A DNA stretch of 59,024 nucleotides, the filler included, from Sphacelaria rigidula (lineage: Eukaryota): the NCBI GenBank assembly GCA_964200075.2. It is 9 parts of 9 records of this genome, joined end to end, with 100 filler letters (N's around TTAATTAATTAA, not from the genome) between each part and the next. Parts side by side here need not be neighbours in the genome. Positions count along the whole stretch, not along the records: positions 45,987 to 52,455 come from CAXNAA020019891.1; positions 52,556 to 59,024 come from CAXNAA020019892.1; 7 more parts are not named here. One strand, written 5' to 3'. Positions 49,901 through 59,024 of the stretch are shown here, one piece after another (positions within the stretch are counted from its first letter, which is position 1; each line of letters opens with the position of its first letter). The notes under the pieces are model-generated. The model was not told the origin of the DNA. It did not search any database and saw nothing but the letters and a program-made list of their open reading frames with translations. The position numbers and the translations under genes are program-made.

Positions 49901-52114
49901 ACCTCCGAACCGATCGTCACATACAACGAGGATGGGCACGAGTATCCAACTGGGACTGGGCTGAAACGCATATCCTCGATCCAATCAATCCCAGATAGTG
50001 GTCGATTTCCGTCACAGTTGGTGAAAAAAAAAAGGGCCGACGGTGGTTTTCTGCAACTGGGCCTTCAGGAAAGTGAAGAAGTGCTCTAGAATGAATGAAT
50101 GGCCTCGGGAAGAAAAGCCCAACCTACACTGAGGCGACGAAAGACCAGATTCGTGCATTTTAAGGGCAGAGGCTTATGTAATGCGAAAGTATTGAAATCA
50201 CATTTCCCAACTATTTTAAAACAAGAATGTTCTGAGTAAAAAATAAAGTCTATGATGCAAACCAGATTTTGCAGGAAAAAAAGAGGTCATGTCCAGATTC
50301 AAACTCTTGACCTTCATTCCATAGCTGGAGTCTCCTGTAACAGCTAGACCACCTGGGCCCAGCGGTGTCACACTAAAAGTTTCACACACAGCTCAATCCG
50401 AGAAATTTTGACCGAATTTTTTCAAGGATTTTTTGCAAAAAAAAAACGTGCTCGAGAGGCGGCTATGTTTTTTTCTGTTCTTCATGGAATTATGACACTT
50501 TTTTTTTTTGCTAAAATTTTAGATCGCTTTAACTTTCGGTTAATTTTCTAATCCTCTCGCTGCTTCAAATATGTGTGGCGTGTGCGTGTGTTGTCGTCCC
50601 ATCTATTCTGGACGCCAGTCGACACAAGAAATGGGTCTGGGAAGGCAAAATCTACGCGTACGTCGAAACGAAAAGATCCGGGCACAACGAGCAGCTGAGA
50701 ATTTCAACGCTTGGGTTTGTCTTCGCGTATGTCGCCCATATGAGGCGCTTCATGCAGCCTGAACCCAAACATCAGGCGCTGTATGACCACCTTCTAAGTG
50801 ACAGTTTTGGGATGGTTCTGGGGAGTGGGGGGCGTACTCATTTGTTACTTGCCTTAGTCGTTTGACCATTGACCACGCATCCCTATCGAGACGGAGCAAG
50901 GCTGGGTTTTTTTTCGTGAGGTGGGGCGGAGCTATCGTAGAAAGTGTCAACTTATAAAAACTCACTTGTGGAGGCAGTTCGCCAGCCTTCGGACATCGTC
51001 CGTATCCAAAGCCAAGTCAAGAAACAGCTCCTCCATTACCGGGCAATGCGCCGGACCAAGCGCGACCGCCAGCGACTCGAGGTCATCCCAAAGATCCAAC
51101 CTCTGGAGCCACAGTACCTTCAGCTTGGAACACGTGTTCTTCTTAAAAGCCTTTGGGGTTTGGGTGTAAGGAGGGATTCGTGCGAGAGGAGGGGGCATAC
51201 CGGGCACGCGCGCGCGCGAGGGGGGGGGGGGGTGAGGAGAAGGCATCGAACGAACCATACTTCTTGACTTCTCCAACCATTCAAGCATTACTGTGATTCG
51301 TGACTACGGCATGCAAGATCTCGAGTACATAATCCCCCCAGCCATCCCAACCATGAGATCCCTACGCGACGGCACTAGCCGGCAAACAAGTAACTACGTA
51401 ATATATGCGAGAACCACAAACAACCAGGAAGAACACACTCGCAATCGTACCTTTGCACACAGATGCGCATTTTTCCGGATTTTGAGCGACAAGAGCCCTT
51501 AAATCGGACGCATTTCCGACATGCGTTCGTTTGTTTGATCTTGTCATATTTTTCAGGATAGGTATGAAAGGGCTCATAAAAGTGGTGGTGGTGGGAGGGG
51601 GGGTCCTACCTTCAACAGTGAGTCTATTACCACAAGTGCCTTTGGAGCGTCCTTGACATCTTCAATATTACGAAGTACAAGAAAAATGCATTCCCCGATT
51701 AACCGGGGGTGACCACTCAGGGTGGAATAGTCATGTACAATACAATCTCCATGATTGCTGACGAAACAGCCCCCGTTGTTCCGTTCAATTAACAACACTA
51801 CTTTGCATAGCCATGCATACTCTCACACCAACATCTCGTCGGAGATCTCCTGCGCGAAGCGCTCTCCCTCTATACCCCCATTTTCCCCCCTACACAACTC
51901 AACTATCCCTTGCGTCAATATCGGCCGTAAAAATCTCACCGTGTAGAGATCTCGTCCCGGACCCCTGCCCGGGCTCCGCACGTAGGAAGTGGTTCCATCC
52001 CCCAAAGTGACCTTCTCCAGCTGAGGCAGCAACCCGCTCATGTTCAGCCCCCGTATCAGAGATCTTTGTTCCGCGATGCTCATGCTGCCCAACTCAAGAT
52101 GAAGCTCTTTCAGC
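46600..52114 (-). CDS. Partial spliced leucine-rich-repeat (RNI-like) protein gene
   Basis: Minus-strand exons: 52114-~51940 or 52012 (LKELHLEL...LLPQLEKVTL), 51659-51610, 51141-50966 (CSKLKVLWLQRL...CPVMEELFLDL), 46734-46600 (FPACLKTLGVL). LxxLxL motifs; the first junction phase is unresolved. Confidence 0.65.
46828..46903. repeat. Compound (GTGC)n(ATGC)n(GT)n microsatellite
   Basis: Seen directly. Confidence 0.9.
49115..49490 (+). mobile_element. Poly(C)-tailed SINE-like element (family B), full copy
   Basis: Homologous over ~370 bp to 23655-24005 and 8082-8415 (-). Confidence 0.8.
50275..50360 (-). mobile_element. Degenerate tRNA-derived SINE head or tRNA pseudogene
   Basis: Minus strand GGCCCAGGTGGTCTAGCTG...GAGTTTGAATCTGGAC followed by a T run. 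Confidence 0.5.
50818..50900 (-). mobile_element. LINE family A 3' end
   Basis: Reverse complement tgctccgtctcgatagggatgcgtggtcaatggtcaaacgactaaggcaagtaacaaatgagtacgccccc. Confidence 0.8.
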
Positions 52115-52302
52115 CTTGAAAAAAGTAATGAAAACAAAAATCCAAAGCAATTATTTCACGATTACTAATATTCGCAGTAAACACGTACACATGAACAGAA
52201 AAATAATGCAAACTGTCATCCATCTGTTAAACGACCAATATCTCTAGCACCTGATGGGAGGACATTGATAAAAACATGGAATTCCCCCCCTCTCTTCTCC
52301 TC

Positions 52303-52401
52303 GAGCCTGGTCCGGCGAAAACCCGGTGTGCTCCGTCCCGGCCTTGTAGGGATGCGATGTCAATGGTCATATGATTATGGCATGCATGACCATGAGTACA
52401 C

Positions 52402-52440
<39 letters not shown>
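52303..52440 (+). mobile_element. Family B 3' tail with long poly(C)
   Basis: gagcctggtccggcgaaaacccggtgtgctccgtcccggccttgtagggatgcg...catgagtacact followed by ~38 C. Confidence 0.85.
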
Positions 52441-52441
<1 letters not shown>

Positions 52442-52455
52442 CCCCCCGGCGCCCC

Positions 52456-52555
52456 NNNNNNNNNNNNNNNNNNNNNNNNNNNNNNNNNNNNNNNNNNNNT
52501 TAATTAATTAANNNNNNNNNNNNNNNNNNNNNNNNNNNNNNNNNNNNNNNNNNNN
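52456..52555. other. Artificial contig linker
   Basis: N44-TTAATTAATTAA-N44. Confidence 0.98.
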
Positions 52556-52661
52556 GTTGAAGGTGGCTCTATCAGGAGTAGGAACGGTGCGCCGTCTCGA
52601 AAGGGGTGCGTGGTCAATGGTCGAACGACTAAGGCAGGCAACAAATGAGTACGCCACCCCC
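52556..52661 (+). mobile_element. LINE family A 3' end
   Basis: Encodes VEGGSIRSRNGAPSRKGCVVNGRTTKAGNK*, then gtacg and a C-tract. Confidence 0.85.
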
Positions 52662-52769
52662 TAAGGCCTAGGGTTAGCAAATCCTGGGGCTGAACGTGGT
52701 TCGGCGATGGATCGCCGCGTTACCATGTTCCTCGTCCTCGAGTACTCGACGTTGTTTTCGTGCAGCCGT

Positions 52770-53138
52770 CGGTCTTGCTAACCGTTTTGCCGAGTTAGAC
52801 CACGTAGGGAATGTACACACCGTGCAGAACAATCTCGAACAGTCTCGGCCACTCCCGCTCTTGTAGATCTCTCTGCCGGGTTAGATCACGTAGGGAATTC
52901 CAACACCATACCTAAACGATCCTATACAGTCCGGAGAAGTCCTTGGTCTTGTTGACCGCTCTGCCGGGTTAGACCACGCAGGGAATTCGAACACCGTACA
53001 GAAACGATCCCATCCAGTCCGGAGAAGTCCTTAATCTTGTTCACCGCTCTGCCAGCTTAGACCACGTAGGGAATTCGAACACCGTACAGAAACGATCCCA
53101 TCCCGCCCGGAGCTCTTGTACCTGTTGACCGCTCTGGG
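52770..53138 (-). repeat. 86-88-bp tandem array (~4.2 copies) with A/B-box-like motifs
   Basis: ttaga(c/t)cacg recurs at 52795, 52881, 52969 and 53057. Confidence 0.9.
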
Positions 53139-53139
53139 C

Positions 53140-56100
53140 TGTCCATAAATCGTTTGCGGCTTTTGCTACATCGGGGAATCTACGGCGCAATTGAGCCCCT
53201 TCCTGCTCGAGATGGTGTATCAGATGGACTTGGCCTGGTCTGCGGTTGATATAATTCCCACAAAGCCTGAAACACATCCAACTATAACTCAGTGAAACTG
53301 TCCGAATCCTCTCCTTAGCTCCGTCGTGAAACAACCGTTGATGTTCCCACACTCACGACGATCCTGGGCCCAGCACTGTTTCCCTACCCGGTAGAGTATA
53401 TAGTAGAGGTGTGGACGTGATGTCCTCAGCCAAACCTAAATCTGCCCCCCCCAAGCTAGCTAAAAGACCTCGCCTGGAGATGAGTGCTGCAGCTGTTCTT
53501 GGCGAACATGAAATTTCTTCACGTTGGCCGCGAACACCGTTCGCTTTACGCACCTGCATTTTGACCTCAAGATTGAGACCTGGTATGACCACCTGCTGCA
53601 CCGTCCCCGGCCCAGTCTACAAAGTTGTGTACTAATTTGGCCGGTACATCTTCGTTCAGAAGGGAGCTGTCAGACTCTTCGATTGGCATCATATCTTATA
53701 CCTCTTCCCTTTGCCGGTGGCGTTGGGTTAACTGTTCATGAACTTGCCTTAATTTTGTCGCTGTTGCTTTACCGTGTTATTCGACGGTAGGGATTTTGCT
53801 TCAGGTGACACAGAGTCGACTTGGGTGCGAGGCTCGCGCTCAAAATCAGCATTAATCGCGTTGGGTCATGCAGCACTGACTGGTCGGAAGTAGTATGATG
53901 AATTCATACAGCAGGATCCACATACTCGTCCCACCATTCCAGCCACTGCTTACATAGCTCGGTTAAAACGCCATGCAATCACTCTCCATATCTTTCCACC
54001 GCGCCCTGATTGCGAGGGAAATCTGCAGGACGATGATCTGGTTTCATCTTCATCCACATGGCATACATGGTTTACTACTTCCGAAGTGAACTCCCCCCCA
54101 ACGTCACTCCAAAGGAAATAGCGCGTTTCGAGCGTCAAGAACAGTATCATCAGACCCTTGACTACGTGCTCAGTAACCTTGGCTGCTAGTGGGAGAGCAA
54201 AAAGAACTTGGTTGCTCGATCCATAACACTCAAGAAGTACTTAGTACAACAAGTAGAAATCTGCTTCATGTCCGATATGTCCATCTACATCAACTCCCAG
54301 AACTGCAAGAAGCGGGCGGGTCGCCTCGTTGTGGTGTCACTACTAGTACGTTTGCGTCGGCGACATCCACAAGACAGCATGTATTTGCGCGTGTTGGCGA
54401 AAAGACCGGGTCACTCATAGCGTGCGTTGACCACGACCGTCGTTTTCATCACTCCGGCGTGCCCATGCGTAGTGTGCACCAACGCGAGTAGGCCAGGCAC
54501 TAGGCTGCGTGGAATAACCAACTCACCTGGCGCCCTAGGTGAGTTATGCAATAAAAGATCATCATTTTGGAACGTACGCTTCCTGCCTCTTACCTGTTCC
54601 TTCGTCCTTATTCTCTTACATTAATATATCCCTGATGGGCCCAAGCCGGGAGTCCCGCTCTTGCAGCAACACTAATCGCGGCTTGTTCATCAGAATCGTT
54701 CTCGCCTGGTCAAGAACGGTGTGAGGGCTACCTTTACCTGGTATCCGTGGCTCCTCAGTTGAAGCCTCCCCCCCACCAGGGTCTTGGTCTGACTCCCGCT
54801 CTGCCTCTTGAACCGACGAACGTGTTACAGCGGCTCCCCAAGCCTCTGGTATCTCTGCTTCGTCTTGAGGCCACATCGTTGCGAGCGTGCTCAAATTCTC
54901 ATCCTCACCCTGGATATGAGTCAGGCTAAACAAACCTTCCGCTTCCATTTGACAGAACCGCCTTCATTATCCACGAATGAACGAAATTAGCCACAATCCA
55001 TGGCATGGCATCGATATTCACCGGGGTGGTGTCTCGTAACAGTCGAGAGTAGTCGCAACTTTCACGAAATTGTCTCTTCCCAGCTCGACTGCTTTTTCCT
55101 CTCCACCTGCGTCCGCCCCATGGGGTCTGGATTCCTCGCGCCTTGGTTTACCTTTCGTCAGCTGAGAACGAGATAATCTGGGCATCGGTTGCTCGGAAGT
55201 GTGAATCGCCTCGCCCTGTCTTGTCGGCACCAGAAAAATAAATACCTGTCCGCCCTAATCGCTAACCCAACGTAGGGCAGGCGACGGTGTACGCTTCCAC
55301 TCGCTGCTGCCACGCTCGCAGGTGTCCTTCCCTCCGACGATAAGCTTTCAAGGCGACCACATAGGTCCGTTTTTACCGATACGGTGCGCCCCCTGCACGG
55401 CTGAGACTGAGGCCTGCTCAGTGAGACACCCAGCTCCGCTTAACACGGGGCACCATCACAGCAGTACTCGCCAAGATCAGCGTTGTCACAGAGGTTGATG
55501 AGAGGAATGCCTCGACCAACTCTTCGACGACGCTGGCTAATGCTGACTCCCTTTCCAATCTGGTTTACTCCAACACAATTCAACGCCTTCCAGTCCGCAT
55601 CAGCGTATCACTTCCACGAACTCTTTGGCTGCCAAAATACTTCCTCCACCTCCAACTGGAAAAACCCATTCGCTAAATCAACACTAGTAGAGGACTTGGA
55701 TTCTGCTGGCCCACTATACATGGTCTGCATATCCCTCAAACTGCCGCTGTATGACTTCAGAAGTTGGTTCAGTCCACGATAATCTTGACATGGTCGTAAA
55801 TTACCGTCCATCCTTCTTTCGAATCGTGACGCAAGCGGCTGCCCATGCTAGCGTCGATAACGTAGCCCGGGACTAGCTTGCTAGCGGAACCTTCTAAGCT
55901 TACGTCCTCCGTTGGATGCAGCAGCCGCTGCAGCGTAGCATCGTCCTCCCACGCCACTCCAAGGCGTTTCCACACCTCATTCGATGCTGCCACTTCGCTC
56001 CGACCAGACAACTTCCCCGTCGAGTCGTCACCGAGCGCGCTTGGCTTGACAGCACGGAAGAGGTCCAAAGTTTCCGAATCTGCTTGGCTGGTGAGGTGGT

Positions 56101-57130
56101 CAGTGTCAACAGCTCCGAGTTTTGGGGGACTGTTAAACACGAACCGTACTCACGGCGCCTCCGGCGAAGGCCAAAATCTCGATCGCCCTTCGAAAGATAA
56201 CTTGCTCTTGTTTCTCCTGAAGAAACTCGCTGCCGAAATAAATCCATATGGTAATCCATGGACCACCCGGACCCATGCCTGTAATAACTTATCCTCTGTG
56301 TGGAAACGAATAGGTATTGACGCTGACCCTAGAATCTTCATCGTAGGTATTTTACTGTTACTAGGGCTAGCGGACCTCGAAATTCCTGCTCCCTGCCGTT
56401 GCAACTTATTTCCTGCATTACCCCACGTTACCAACAACCTCCACCACTGTTTCGGCGTATAGCTCCCCCCCCCCGGCCCCGGTGCCCAGTAACACCGTTA
56501 CTGGTGAGCGGTGGCTACTCTTGCTGTGGTGCCAAACTTCAGCTTTTACCCACAGCTGCTGTGCATCGTTCCTAGTTGCTTCGGCTAAAATGGCGTTCGA
56601 AGGAGGAGTAGCCCCGGACGGGTGAAATATTTGTATGCGTACCCATCGGGTGAGGTGGAACTTAGTCCCTAGATCGATGCTACAGAAGCAGCGGCAGCAG
56701 CTGAGCATGGAAAATGTACACTGATGGTTGCGCGTGGCCTGGGATGAACAATGTCAACGGAGACCCAGTTACTGGAAGTATCCGCTGAAGCAAAACGGAG
56801 GAAAGATCGGTTGTGCAAACCGTTCGTCAGGAGCACTATGCAAATTCATCTGCGGCGCTTCAACGGCGTTTTATTTCAAAGGCGCAAAAATACTGCTGTT
56901 ATCGTCGTGGCGCAGAAAAACTGCTGCAGTGGCGGACGCGCATAAGATTGATGCTGCTGAGGAGGTGCGACAACCTACTGCCGCGTGGGAGGGTGCGTCA
57001 ACCTGCTGTTGCATCGGAAGGTGCTTGCACGGGAGGCTGTTGGACGGATCCCGTAGGGTACAAGGGCTGGACTCGAGGGTTCAATTGGTTTCCACTCATT
57101 TTTTCACCGATTTGGGGTTAGCTATGTGAT
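53140..57130 (-). mobile_element. Decayed Ty3/Gypsy LTR retrotransposon (gag-PR-RT-IN)
   Basis: Protease-like VLLGTGAGG (~56480; D to G), RT DGNLRPCQDYRGLN...SVDLANGFFQL (55608-55811), integrase Zn finger LVIPRSLVPGLLALVHTTHGHAGV...SCGCRRRK (54350-54530), core remnants 53900-54300. Integrase follows RT; LTRs not delimited. Confidence 0.88.
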
Positions 57131-57496
57131 ACTCGACACGTCAAACCTGCACGAACGTACCACATTGATGTAAAACCACCATATGAAAACTAAAACCATG
57201 GATGGTTCATGACAGTGTATTACAATCTCCATGATTCCAAAGTCATGAGGGCGGTGTCCGGCGGAAACATTCTAAATAATTAACGGCGTGAGAAATGATG
57301 GAACCAGTAACATGGATAGCAGCGCTTCACCAGTATAGCAATAGCGAACAAAAAATAAAGGGGAAGGAGAACGAAGGGAACAGCAATATAACTGGACAAA
57401 ACAGGTTCACGCGTGTGCATTTGGCCAGGGTATCACGTGTTGGGGACAGCCAGGTATAAATTCATGGACTCCCAAGATAATTTTGACTCCATGTTA

Positions 57497-57840
57497 ACCT
57501 GTTCGAACACACATGGGAAAATCCTTGCTCCCTGCCAATCTGTTCGGACAGCATGGGAATTCCTGGATGCCTGTCAACCTATTCGAACGCGCATAGGAAA
57601 CTCCTGGCCCCCTGTCAACCTGTTCGAAAACACATGGGAAATCCTGGGTCCATGGCAACCTGTCCGAACACGCATGGGAAACTCCTGACCCCCTGTTAAC
57701 CTGTTCGAAAACACATGGGAAATCATGGATCCATGTCAACCTCTTCGAACACGCCTGGGAAACTCCTGGCCCCCTGTCAACCTGTTCGAAAACGCATGGG
57801 AAATCCTGGCTCCCCTACCAACCTATCCGAACAAGCATGG
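57497..57840. repeat. ~40/41-bp minisatellite, ~8.5 copies
   Basis: Units of aacctgttcgaa.ac.catgggaaa(c)tcctgg..cc.tgtc. Confidence 0.92.
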
Positions 57841-59024
57841 TCTTGACATCTTGAGCCTTCGTCCTCGCCCATTTTCCTGCATGCGATCAAATCCTGCTTG
57901 TTCGCTGTATGGTGCAAGCATATATATATATATATATAGATGGTTCATACAACTTTCTCGTTCATCCATTCGATGTCCGGCTTGTATGTTAGCAACTTGC
58001 ATTGTCTCCACGATAAACACACGAGTCGTTCATTACAAGTCAACAACTTTTAACAAATTATCTTCGGTATAAACCTCGGCAACGGAATGTGTGGTATGTG
58101 GAACCCATAGACCCTCAAGACCAGAAGAATGTAGCCCTGCCCCGGGGACGGTCATCTTCGAATTGATTGTCGGAGCATGCACGAGTATAGACGGTCAACG
58201 GGAACTGACGGAGCATCCGTCTGGGTGCCTTATGCAAATACATTAGCATGCAGCTTCACTCATAGCCGCTCAATCGTTGTGGATCTGGGTTAATTATCAC
58301 ACTCATAAGTACCTACATAGAAATTGGCAGGCGGGCACCAACAATAATTGTTGACCAGCAACTCTTGCAGGCTTCATGCAGTCCTGTGATCCACCGCTGC
58401 GGGTGATATTAATCAAATAATAGTATGTTCAGCAGTGCACCTGGAAACGCCCACCCACGCATTCACAGTCGGAATGTAAGCTAGAAGTACGTGGTTGGCT
58501 TTGCTATCTTAGAATCGAAACAACTTCACACAACTCTCCATTTGTTTTACGCGTGCATGGCTTGTTTACACTCTTTGAAGATATCTACTAAGGGCGCAAA
58601 CGATCAAACAGGGGGAGCCATGTAAAGGTTACATCCATTTTTCATGACAATAAGGCATTTCGAGCATTAATGATTTCCCCCCCCCTGACCAGGGGGTAGC
58701 GTAAATACCTCATCATATTTCGTTCATTCAAGCCTCGCAATTTCCTTTCACGGCTAATCGGCTTACATAGTACTGTGCCTGGTAGCATGTATGCAGACAG
58801 TATGGCATTACGGTTACACAAACAGTTTCCGTGCATTAGCGGACGGCAGCGTAACAATGTCATTCTCTATCAGTTACATACACGGTCATGTACGAGGGGC
58901 GGTTAGTAGGTGGCATTCGCTCCCAAAGGCATGTCTATCCATCATTCATTTTAGCAGATAACAACAAATTGTGCGAATTGAGGTTTAACTCCGAGATGAG
59001 GTTCAAGCCTAAAACAGTGCTTTC

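Noticed and set aside
57497..57840. CRISPR-like periodicity (also 52770-53138 and 24225-24630)
   Set aside because: Whole units are homologous with no unique spacers, there are no cas genes, and the context is eukaryotic

Overview
Eukaryotic, repeat-rich genomic DNA. It is most consistent with a brown alga (Phaeophyceae); this is inferred from intron-rich genes with short GT-AG exons and from the LINE/Gypsy/SINE types, not from a database search. The window is not one locus. It is nine unrelated 6,469-6,470 bp contigs (1-6470, 6571-13040, 13141-19610, 19711-26179, 26280-32748, 32849-39317, 39418-45886, 45987-52455, 52556-59024) joined by an artificial 100-bp linker, N44-TTAATTAATTAA-N44. Partial spliced genes reconstructed by hand: a coiled-coil/Sfi1-repeat-like gene, two convergent unknown genes, an Mpv17/PMP22-family gene, a CLPTM1-family gene and an RNI-like LRR gene. 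Mobile DNA: two decayed LINEs, two decayed Ty3/Gypsy elements, a gag-like relic, tRNA-derived SINEs, three MITEs and several mini/microsatellites. Most interesting: (1) a poly(C)-tailed LINE and a ~370-bp non-autonomous partner that share a 3' stem-loop and appear to insert into C-tracts, the partner possibly having a 5S-like head; (2) an 88-bp tandem array with Pol III A/B-box-like motifs downstream of a Gypsy pol; (3) a Stowaway-like MITE. Most ORFs in the six-frame track are spurious.
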